A DNA stretch of 64,000 nucleotides from Mayamaea pseudoterrestris (lineage: Eukaryota), in NCBI GenBank assembly GCA_027923505.1, contig BROI01000008.1, positions 992,001 through 1,056,000 of the forward strand. Direction: 5' to 3'. The notes beneath the pieces were generated by a model that saw nothing but the letters and a program-made list of their open reading frames with translations, was not told where the DNA came from and did not search any database. Positions 12,601 to 22,888 of this stretch are shown here, one piece after another (position 1 is the first letter of the stretch; every line of letters starts with the position of its first letter). The position numbers and the translations under genes were made by a program.

Positions 12601-15600
12601 ACCAGTCTCAACCCGCAGATGCCATGACATTCAGACACTCCTACAACAGGCCCTGTAGGAGCCCAAAATACACCAGACTGGTGCCAACATCATTGATCCG
12701 GCTGCGCTACAAGATGGTAGGCTTGGCGGGTGTCTCAGGGGATGGCAATGTATTTGGTGACAACTTGTCACCAGTCTCAGCCCGCAGATGCCATGACATT
12801 CAGACACTCCTACAGCAGGCCCTGCCCTGTAGGAGCCCAAAATACACCAGAATGGTGCCAACATCAATAATCAGGCTGCAATACAAGATGGTAGGCTTGG
12901 CTGGTGTCTCAGGGGATGGCAATGTATTTGGTGACAACTTGTCACCAGTCTCAGCCCACAGATGCCATGACATTCAGACACACCTACAGCAGGCCCTGTA
13001 GGTGCCCAAATTACACCAAATAGGTGCCAACATCTTTTTTCAGGCTGCGCTACAGGATGGTAGGCTTGGCTGGTGTCTCAGGGGATGGCAATGTATTTGG
13101 TGACAACTTGTCACCAGTCTCAGCCCGCAGATGCCATGACATTCAGACACACCTACAGCAGGCCCTGTAGGTACCCATATTACACCAGACTGGTGCCAAC
13201 ATCATTATTCAGGCTGCACTTAAGATGGTAGATTGGCTGGTGTCTCAGGGGATGGCAATGTCTTTGGTGACAACTTGTCACCAGTCTCAGCCCGCAGATG
13301 CCATGACATTCAGACACTCCTACAGCCGGCCCTGTAGGAGCCCAAAATACACCAGAATGGTGCCACCATCATTTTTCAGGCTGCGCTACAAGATGGTAGG
13401 CTTGGCTGGTGTCTCAGGGGATGGCAATGTATTTGGTGACAACTTGTCACCAGTCTCAGCCCGCAGATGCCATGACATTCAGACACTCCTACAGCAGGCC
13501 CTGTAGGTGCCTATATTACACCAGAATGGTGCCAACATAATTATTTTGGCTGCTCTACAAGATGGTAGGCTTGGCTGGTGTCTCAGGGGATGGCAATGTA
13601 TTTGGTGACAACTTGTCACCAGTCTCAGCCCGCAGATGCCATGACATTCAGACACTCCTACAGCAGGCCCTGTAGGAGCCCAAAATACCCAGAATGGTGC
13701 CAACAACAGTATTTAGGCTGCGCTATAAGATGGTAGACTTGGCTGGTGTCTCAGGGGATGGCAATGTATTTGGTGACAACTTGTCACCAGTCTCAGCCCG
13801 CAGATGCCATGGCATTCAAACACACCTACAGCAGGCCCTGTAGGTGCCCAAAATACACCAGAATGGTGCCAACATCATTATTCAGGCTGCACTTAAGATG
13901 GTAGACTTGGCTGGTGTCTCAGGGGATGGCAATGTATTTGGTGACAACTTGTCACCAGTCTCAGCCCGCAGATGCCATGACATTCAAACACACCTACAGC
14001 AGGCCCTGTAGGTGCCCAAATTACACCAAATAGGTGCCAACATCTTTTTTCAGGCTGCGCTATAAGATGGTAGGCTTGGCTGGTGTCTCAGGGGATGGCA
14101 ATGTATTTGGTGACAACTTGTCACCAGTCTCAGCCCGCAGATGCCATGACATTCAAACACACCTACAGCAGGCCCTGTAGGTGCCCATATTACACCAGAA
14201 TGGTGCCAACAACATTTTTCAGGCTGCGCTACAAGATGGTAGGCTTGGCTGGTGTCACAGGGGATGGCAATGTATTTGGTGACAACTTGTCACCAGTCTC
14301 AGCCCGCAGATGCCATGACATTCAGACACACCTACAGCAGGCCCTGTAGGTGCCCAAATTACACCAGAATGGTGCCAACATCATTATTCAGGCTGCGCTA
14401 CAAGATGGTAGGCTTGGCTGGTGTCTCAGGGGATGGCAATGTATTTGGTGACAACTCGTCACCAGTCTCAGCCCGCAGATGCCATGACATTCAGACACAC
14501 CTACAGCAGGCCCTGTAGATGCCCAACTTACACCAGAATGGTGCCAACATCATTTTGGAGGCTGAGCTACAAGATGGTAGGCTTGGCTGGTGTCTCAGGG
14601 GATGGCAATGTATTTGGTGACAACTTGTCACCAGTCTCAGCCCGCAGATGCCATGACATTCAGACACTCCTACAGCAGGCCCTGTAGGTGCCCAAAATAC
14701 ACCAGAATGGTGCCAACATCATTATTCAGGCTGCGCTACAAGACGGTAGGCTTGGCTGGTGTCTCAGGGGATGGCAATGTATTTGGTGGCAACTTGTCAC
14801 CAGTCTCAGCCCGCAGATGCCATGACATTCAGACACTCCTACAGCAGGCCCTGTAGGAGCCCAAAATACACCAGAATGGTGCCACCATCATTTTTCAGGC
14901 TGCGCTACAAGATGGTAGGTTTGGCTGGTGTCTCAGGGTATGGCAATGAATTTGGTGACAACTTGTCACCAGTCTCAGCCCGCCGATGCCATGACATTCA
15001 ACCACACCTACAGCAGGCCCTGTAGTGGCCCATATTACACCAGAATGGTGCCAACATCATTATTCAGGCTGTGCTAAAAGATGGTAGACATGGCTGGTGT
15101 CTCAGGGGATGGCAATATAGGTGCCCATATTACACTAGAATGGTGCCAACATCTTTGATAAGGCTGCGCTACAAGATGGTAGGTTTGGCTGGTGTCTCAG
15201 GGGATGGCAATGTATTTGGTGACAACTTGTCACCAGTCTCAGCCCGCAGGTGCCATGACATTCAGACACACCTACAGCAGGCCCTGTAGGTGCCCAAAAT
15301 ACACCAGAATGGTGCCTACATCATTGTTGAGGCTGCGTTAGAAGATGGTAGGCTTGGCTGGTGTCTCAGGGGATGGCAATGTATTTGGTGACAACTTGTC
15401 ACCAGTCTCAGCCTGCAGATGCCATGACATTCAAACACACCTACAGCAGGCCCTGTAGGTGTCCAAAATACACCAGAATGGGTGCCAACATCATTATTCA
15501 GGTTGCGCTACAAGATGGTAGGTTTGGCTGGTGTCTCAGGGGATGGCAATGTATTTGGTGACAACTTGTCACCAGTCTCAGCCCACAGATGCGAAGACAT

Positions 15601-15962
15601 TCAATTGCCCATATATCTTGCCATATAAGCACCTAAATCATACCAGAATCAACATCATTACTCAGTCTGCGCTACAAGATGTTATGCCTGTTGGGTGCCC
15701 TAGTAGACTGCAATGTGATTGGTAGCAAGTTGTCACCAGTCTCAGCCTGCAGATGCCGTGACTTTCAATTGCCCATATAACATGTCATGTATACATATAA
15801 ATCACACCAGAATGGTGCCAACATCATTATTCAGTCTGCGCTACAAGAAAAGATGACTGGCTGGTGTCTCAGTGGACTGCATTGTGATTGGTGATAACTG
15901 TCACCAGTCTCAGCCAGCACCAGCCATGCCTTTCAAAGGCCCATACCTTGAGTCATGTGTAT
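3625..15962. repeat. Satellite array, 169-bp monomer, about 73 copies (homogeneous core ~4600-15600)
   Basis: Direct 169-bp periodicity (ORF-track starts 4629, 4798, 4967...). Core consensus GTGTCTCAGGGGATGGCAATGTATTTGGTGACAACTTGTCACCAGTCTCAGCCCGCAGATGCCATGACATTCAGACACWCCTACAGCAGGCCCTGTAGGTGCCCAAATTACACCAGAATGGTGCCAACATCATTATTCAGGCTGCGCTACAAGATGGTAGGCTTGGCTG. Confidence 0.98.
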
Positions 15963-16091
15963 AGTGAGTCTACCGATTAGTGCACCGCACATCTAGACAG
16001 CTACTCGTATATAAGATGCTTGATTGTGGTACATGTTTGCGTTATGGTTAGTTAAAGTTAAGGTGGACTTAAACCAATCTGCAACCTGCAA

Positions 16092-16523
16092 TTAAAGAAT
16101 TGATCCAGAGTTGGAAGCAATACGAGGCCAAAGTTCTGCGCATTCCTTGGCGACTGGTCCAGAAACTGCCGAACCCTTCATCTCTCCCTTATTGTTAACA
16201 ATCACACCAGCCGAGTCCTCAAAATGAATAAATACACCCTCCTTTCTGCGAAAAGCCTTGCGTTGTCGGACAATAATTCCAGGAACAACCTTCTTTCGAA
16301 GCTCTGGCTTTCCCTTTTTGACACTGCACATGACCATGTCACCCGACGACGCCTTTGGAAGACGATTCAACCGACCACCAATGTTGCAAACGGCGATAAT
16401 GTGAAGATTCTTGGCGCCAGAGTTGTCAGCACAGTTGACAACGGCAGCCGTCGGCAGACCAGCCGTCACCTTGTGCTTGATACCGGCGGCAAGAGCGCGT
16501 CCTCGTTTTCCTTTCTCACCCAT
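16092..16523 (-). CDS. RPL23: 60S ribosomal protein L23 (uL14)
   Basis: [23 protein letters not shown] and [17 protein letters not shown]; intronless. Confidence 0.97.
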   Translation of the reverse strand: MGEKGKRGRALAAGIKHKVTAGLPTAAVVNCADNSGAKNLHIIAVCNIGGRLNRLPKASSGDMVMCSVKKGKPELRKKVVPGIIVRQRKAFRRKEGVFIHFEDSAGVIVNNKGEMKGSAVSGPVAKECAELWPRIASNSGSIL

Positions 16524-17005
16524 AATATATTAATAGAATTAAATATTCCTGAGATGAATATGAAAGCGAATAAGCAATGAGTACTGTGCGTCCCAAGCAG
16601 AAAATAACGTGCGAAATACAGTGGTCGACGACAATCCATCGCGCAAGACATCGCGCAAATGACTTTGATCCACGCTCCGGCGCTACAATGGAGCTCCTTC
16701 GTAAGCTTTAGCAGCAGTAACAACAACGACAACAAGGCATGAAACGGCATACCTGTAGACTCAAAAGGTCAAGGCAATGGTGCAATGCAAGCTGCAAGCT
16801 GATTGTCGGAGCCAGTCGAGTAACGCGGTAAGCGGTAATCGAGGAGCACAGTCGCTCACTTTCGTCGTTAGAACTCGATCCTTAACTTACATGATCGATC
16901 CACGTGGAGGATCTTTTGCCAACCAGCATCGAACGCTGTTCATCACTCGCAGCGACTCATCGCGGAGGAACAAGCAACCAACCGGCCAAAAGACTCCTTT
17001 CAACC

Positions 17006-18766
17006 ATGAAGTTATCAAACGCAGCAGTCCTCGCAGCTCTATCGGTGTCCCCAGTGGCGGGAAAAGTTTACTTCAAGGAACAGTTCAACGACGAAGTATG
17101 TGTCGATTGACGACTTGCGGAAGATTCGTTGTGCTGGAAGGTCATTGTTCGTCATAGTCGTGGTTCACTCACACTTTGATTTCTATCATGGCAGGCTTGG
17201 AACAAGCGATGGACCATTCCATCCAAATGGAAGCCAAAGGCGGAAATGGGAAAGTGGGAGCACACTGCAGGAAAGTGGTACGGTGACAAGGACGACAAGG
17301 GCATTCAAACATCGGAAGATGCACGGTTCTACGGCATTTCGGCGCCATTGGACGAGGTTTACACGTCTGACGCGAGCAAGCCACTTGTCATTCAGTATAC
17401 AGTTAAACATGAGCAGAAACTAGACTGTGGTGGCGCTTATATCAAGTTGCTTCCAGGTGGAAAGAAGTTTGATGCCGACAAATTCTCGGGCGACACGCCA
17501 TATTCCGTCATGTTTGGCCCAGACGTTTGTGGAACGTCCAACAAGAAGACTCACTGCATTCTTCACTACGATAAGAAGGACGAAAATTTGTTGATCAAGA
17601 AGGAAGTGAGCTGCGAGACAGACAAGGTTTCTCATTTATACACTCTCGTTATTTCGCCCGACAATACCGTCGAGATTTTCATTGACGACAAGAGCGTGAG
17701 AAAGGGTGCATTAGCGGACGAGTTTGATTTCCTTGAGCCGAAAGAAATTAAAGATCCTGACGGTAAGCACACGGATTCGCCGGCGAAGGTGGCATTTACG
17801 TAATGATGACCTTTCGCGACTCCTTTCGTTGCATTGCATTGGAAACTTCAAATCTAAACCTTTCGTTCCTTCTATTTCCTCCATCGACCTTAAAGCCAAG
17901 AAGCCTGAAGACTGGGTTGATGAAAAGATGATTGATGATCCATCTGACGTGAAGCCGGCTGGGTATGATGACATTCCAAAAGGTAAGGCATGCAAGATTG
18001 AGGCCTCGTCGCATAGCTGTTCTAAGGCAGGGTGTGGATTTGCGGTGTGTCTTGCGAATCATTGATGCGGAGTTGGCTTTTACAGCGCCTCGATAGCGTG
18101 AGACCTTATTGATCTGTTCGGCAGCTAACAATAGTTTCGACTCGCGCAGAAATTCCTGATGAGACTGCAGTGAAGCCGTCAGACTGGGACGACGAGGACG
18201 ATGGCGAATGGGAGGCTCCACTTATACCCAACAAAGATTACAAGGGCGAGTGGAAGGCCAAGAAGATCGAAAATCCACTATACAAGGGACCTTGGGTGCA
18301 CCCTATGGTGCCGAATCCGAAGTACCAGGAAGATACCGACCTTTTCAAGGTGTGCAAGGATGGTTGCACGCACGTAGGCTTTGAACTCTGGCAGGTTAAG
18401 ACAGGAACGCTGTTTGACGACATTATTATCACTGATAGCTTGGAGGAGGCGCAAGCATTTGCAAAGGAGACCTTTTTCAAGAAGAAGGAAGGCGAGAAGA
18501 AGATGTTGGACGAGCAAGAAGCGGAGGACAAGAAGAAGCAAGACGAGGAAATGGTACGTACTGGAGTCAGCATGTGTTTTTATGCACTACTCGGTTGGTT
18601 TGAAAAGTCGTTGGACTTAATGGTTATACTTTGATCGCTGCAGGAAAAGATGAAGGCAGAAGGTGGAATGGATGACATGGATATGGGCATGGGCGGTATG
18701 GATATGCCTGATGATGACGCCATGATGGGCGGCATGGGCATGGATGGTTTTGAAGACGAGTTCTAA
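17006..18766 (+). CDS. CRT: Calreticulin (5 exons: 17006-17095, 17195-17762, 17896-17982, 18150-18553, 18644-18766)
   Basis: Signal peptide, KHEQKLDCGGAYIK, VMFGPDVCG, P-domain repeats KPEDW/KPSDWD and GFELWQVK. GT-AG introns join in frame; the protein ends EDEF. Confidence 0.95.
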
Positions 18767-18896
18767 TCAATGACGAATTTCGATGCTTGTCGCTTTATCT
18801 TCTTGTAACGGGTTGTGCAACTCTATCCAGTAGAGGCCGTTTAGTAAGAGGCAGCGCTTATTAATACTGATAAATTTTCTAGCCTTCATGTACAGA

Positions 18897-20651
18897 TTAT
18901 TGCTCCTTCGGAATAATGTTGCGGCCATGTCGACCCGACGTCCTTCCCAATTCATGACCGTCTTCGACGAGGCCATATCGTCTCGCAATAGCTCCTATCC
19001 AGCTCACCGTCTCCGCGGTAATTTGTCCAGTCGTTACAGCCGCAATGAGCGGGCGTCCATGAATCATAGAGTTGCTGCTTTCGTTGGAAGAGAATCCTTG
19101 AAGCGCATGGTCGGCCGCTGTGGCAATGCGGATCTTCCCGACGGAACCCTGTCGCTTTAACTCAAATCGACTGTCGGGTTCATTGCTCGTGTTCTCTACC
19201 CAACCGCATTCATAGCGTAAAGATTTTGTGCTAAGTGAGCTTTGAGAAGTGTATGCGTCTGTATCAATGGCTACAGAATTCTCTGCTTGCTCGCACGTCT
19301 TCGTCACGTCGTCTGGAATATTGGAGAGCACACGCTCCAGTATCTCATCGTCTTCTTCATCGGCGAGTAGTGCAGCCACCTCGTCGATGCATGTTCGAGT
19401 AGTCAAACTTGCAAGACGAAGATCTGATTCCACTTTACGATCGAGTGTGAGCTGGATGTCACCTCGATCAACAGATAGCAAACTCACCGAGTCTTCCGAC
19501 AGACTATCAACATGACACTGGCACGCTATCCATCTGTCCTTTCCGTCGTAAATCGGAGTCACTGGACTGTTGCCAATTGAAACCTGAGTGCTTCCATTGA
19601 CACCTCCAAGCTCCAACAAAGGGTAGAGTGATCCATCATCTCGACAATTGTTTGGTCTTTTGCATCCATCCAGCAAGACTTGTAGAGGGCCGTGATGAGA
19701 TTTGATTCGGACGACTCGCTTTTCCAACTGGTAGTCTCGACCGTTGACCAATATAGTCGCTCCTCCGTCGCCAGATATGAACAGGGAGCTAATATCGACA
19801 ATAGATCCTTCATCATCAATGTCTGATTCCGGTATACATGACGAATCCACAAAAGGCTTGGACTTGTCCACGGTTACTTGAACTGAACGACCATGAATTT
19901 GCTTGGCACGCACCCTTCCACTAGTAATCACCTTCAAGTTTTGTGCCTCGAGTAATTCTTTTGCGTATACTGTCTTACTTGCTGTCAAGTGGAGTTCGTG
20001 CCCTCGCAGCCTGGTGACGAAAATGTCGCCGTCTGTGGTTGAGAGGCTGCAATCGCCTTCAAGCTTGCCTTCAACAGCAATGTTTCCACCGCCTTCAGAT
20101 AGCAATACTTCAAGATTAAGTTTTTCAGGCACCTGTACTATAAGGTTGATCCCTGGCAGTATCTCGTTCTCGTCTAATTGGTCGGACGAAAGGTGGGTGA
20201 TGTCGTCATGATATTCGATTCGCCGAAACGAGTCGACAAGCTTGGGCTGTACGGTCGAGACAGTTTCATCATCTAAAACGAAATTTTCCTTTTGTTGCGT
20301 GGGTACTGACGGTACTACGGTGTTCTGTGTATTTCTGGATCCTGTCTGTCGAATGCAATCGTCCATTGACTGTTGAATTAGAATGGAAATGTGGTTCGCA
20401 GCTCGCCCCAGTGAAGTGAGCCTATTGGCTTCGTGAGTCACGATGACATCGCAAAGTTCTTCGGATAAATGATTCTTCGCAAACTTTTGGGTAAATTCGG
20501 CATGCCCGACATCTCTCCATCCACTTTGAATGATAATGTTTGTCGGTTGTGCAAGCGTCGATCGAATGGATAGCGATGAACCCTGAGTCAGTTGGAGCAA
20601 AGGAATTGATCGCCAGTGACGAGCGAGATTTCTTGTCTTCGGTAGTAACAT
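18897..20651 (-). CDS. FAM185A-like / DUF4097 beta-strand repeat protein, probably mitochondrial
   Basis: Long ORF with GGNIAVEGKLEGDCSLSTTDGDIFVTRLRG repeats. The N-terminus from Met 20651 looks like an Arg/Ser-rich transit peptide (start uncertain). Confidence 0.55.
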   Translation of the reverse strand: MLLPKTRNLARHWRSIPLLQLTQGSSLSIRSTLAQPTNIIIQSGWRDVGHAEFTQKFAKNHLSEELCDVIVTHEANRLTSLGRAANHISILIQQSMDDCIRQTGSRNTQNTVVPSVPTQQKENFVLDDETVSTVQPKLVDSFRRIEYHDDITHLSSDQLDENEILPGINLIVQVPEKLNLEVLLSEGGGNIAVEGKLEGDCSLSTTDGDIFVTRLRGHELHLTASKTVYAKELLEAQNLKVITSGRVRAKQIHGRSVQVTVDKSKPFVDSSCIPESDIDDEGSIVDISSLFISGDGGATILVNGRDYQLEKRVVRIKSHHGPLQVLLDGCKRPNNCRDDGSLYPLLELGGVNGSTQVSIGNSPVTPIYDGKDRWIACQCHVDSLSEDSVSLLSVDRGDIQLTLDRKVESDLRLASLTTRTCIDEVAALLADEEDDEILERVLSNIPDDVTKTCEQAENSVAIDTDAYTSQSSLSTKSLRYECGWVENTSNEPDSRFELKRQGSVGKIRIATAADHALQGFSSNESSNSMIHGRPLIAAVTTGQITAETVSWIGAIARRYGLVEDGHELGRTSGRHGRNIIPKEQ

Positions 20652-21082
20652 AAGGTATATAAGAAGTTCTTCAGGGAGTGCTGCGATCGAACCAACACTG
20701 TCACAGTATGCCAGGACGCCGGGATGGTCTGTGTTGGTTGTTTGATCGATGAGCGACGTTTGCGCGATGCGCGTTTCTGTCGTCGTTTGGTGGTGCAATC
20801 GTGATGCGACATTTCAAATGCAGGTGTCATTTTCTTTGTGAAAAGCCTGCGATTGGGTATTGCCGGCTGTACGACGTACACTAAATTGGATAGTAATTCC
20901 TCAGAATCTGCGGAGAAGCATGCAAGATCTGAAGCCTTTTGGCTGCAGTGGCACCTCGCATGATCCATGATCCTGCGAAGCGAAGTCACGTCGCCACACC
21001 GCTACGCTACAAAGCTGAAAGCAGCAGCCGAAGCAAAAGCTGTCCGTAACTCCTTATATTGGTACCAATCAACGCTAGCACA

Positions 21083-21571
21083 ATGAAAGTAACAAACATT
21101 CTGGCACTCTTCCTTGTTCCATGTTGTCTCGCCTTTCATCCGCTCTCCTCGCAAGTTGCGTTTGTGACGAGTCTCCGCTCGACCGTACCGGAAGGAATGA
21201 CTGACAATCCATGTTGGCAAGACATTTACGATGATGATTGTAGCATGAGCAATATAGCTGCTGCAGGATTCGTTGCGAGCAAGTGGATCAAGGGCATGCC
21301 ATGCGCGGCTGGTATCGAGGTACGTCGACTGATTTTGGATCCAAGGTTCAAGTGCTGCAGCAGTGTCGACGCCAACTTTAAATCATGATGCATCTCGACT
21401 GACTTTGCTCATACGTTATTTAATTTGCAGGACTGTGACATGCCTGAAAAGTTGCAGACGCCGGCAGAATACAGAGACGGTGGAGTTGACGACGTTGATG
21501 TAATGTCGTTTCTGGGTCTTAAACGCGCGGACTCGCTGAAGGCTCATCATGAGAATGACAAGATGCCCTAG
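21083..21571 (+). CDS. Small plastid-targeted Cys/Asp protein of unknown function (intron 21320-21430)
   Basis: Signal peptide ending CLA-F. In-frame GT-AG splice gives ...PCAAGIE|DCDMPE...DVMSFLGLKRA. Confidence 0.75.
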
Positions 21572-22074
21572 ATAGTCAATGATTACGTATATGTATAGGA
21601 ATAAGATAGGATTGATTATAGAAATTGATTGATATCAAGTAGTATGTGTCCATCAGTGACCTGAGTCTTTTAGGAAACGGATCCTCGGTCGCACCGCGCT
21701 TCCACCCTATCGTTTCATTAGCCGCGCTTGAACTTCTTTCGTATAACAGTCGAATCTTGCCGCAGAACGGATCCAACCCTCAAAAATGCTGCGAAGAGCG
21801 GCGTCGATGCAAACCGATGCCATTGGCGAAAGGTACATCTAGTATATACAGGCAGTTCGCGAGCCTCCCAGCATGCCTCGACAACTCTCGTATCGCTCGT
21901 TTGGTCAGGCTATATGCTCCTGGGATGGAGAAAACAATGGTATTGTGGACATGCTAACCTTTCCCACCGCAAGCAACGCTATATGTAACGGCGATGTAGC
22001 ATCCTCCGGGTCTTGACACCTCGTTGACGCGGGCAGTTCGCGCCATGTTCTTCCGGAAGACGCACTAATCGACC

Positions 22075-22572
22075 ATGATGAAGAGGAGCAGCGTCTTGAT
22101 TGCCTTATCGTCGGTCACCTGCGTCAGCGCCTTTGGACCACGCATTGAGCCAGCCTATTCATTTCATGGATCATCGTCGTCGACGGCTATCAGGAACACT
22201 GCCTCGGAACGTGATGAGGACGAGGGACGATGTCGCGGAGTAATGGCCCTCGAACACACCTACACACTTCCTCCTTCGGGGCAGTCAGTCTTTGATTTAT
22301 TATATAATCAGGATGGAGAACGTATTGCGCTAAAAGAATCGTTTGTCGTGGATGATCTCTCGCTATTGGGGCTATTGGAACAGTACGAGGAATCTATTGC
22401 GGCCGAGGATGATCTTTCATCATGTGGAGCTGACTGCGACGACTGCTTGATTCCGGAAGAATTTAAACGATTTCCTAATGATCAGCCGTTTGATGTGATG
22501 GCATATCTTGGCATTAAACGAGCCCATCCAATTCAAGTGACGATCACCAACGCAGACTCTGAGTTTCAGTAA
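22075..22572 (+). CDS. Small plastid-targeted protein of unknown function
   Basis: Signal peptide ending VSA-F; C-terminal CGADCDDCLIPE...DVMAYLGIKRA motif. Confidence 0.75.
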   Translation: MMKRSSVLIALSSVTCVSAFGPRIEPAYSFHGSSSSTAIRNTASERDEDEGRCRGVMALEHTYTLPPSGQSVFDLLYNQDGERIALKESFVVDDLSLLGLLEQYEESIAAEDDLSSCGADCDDCLIPEEFKRFPNDQPFDVMAYLGIKRAHPIQVTITNADSEFQ

Positions 22573-22888
22573 CGACTAACGACACACGACATCCTTCCCC
22601 ACTACATACACACTGATGTATCATTCCTCAAGTTCCTTTACATGATTACACATAGAATTGGTTGTTATTAACGATGCATGTTGCTTAAACAAGGCCTATA
22701 GTTTGGTCGTGATTATAACGTAATGGTGGGTATAGAGGTAGGTCGAGCTACGAGTCGTACGACTATGGATCCTTCCATTGATGATGCGACACGAGAGCTC
22801 AGCGCCATTTTTAAAATCGCAGCCAACAAACAACAAACCAAGTCACTCCTCTTTTGCAGCGTCGAATCAAAATCAAAGGACAATCACC

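Noticed and set aside
4629..15725. Dozens of 88-aa ORFs (MSQGMAMYLVTT...) as a tandem gene family
   Set aside because: The monomer length of 169 is not a multiple of 3, the ORFs overlap one another, most start at GTG, and indels break them freely. They are by-products of the repeat.
3625..15962. CRISPR-like array (palindromic repeat plus variable segment)
   Set aside because: The variable segments are point variants of one sequence rather than unique spacers, there are no cas genes, and the context is eukaryotic.
3617..15994. 12/14 inverted match at the array ends (3617-3630 vs 15981-15994) as transposon TIRs
   Set aside because: Short and imperfect, overlaps the first degenerate monomer, and has no target-site duplication.
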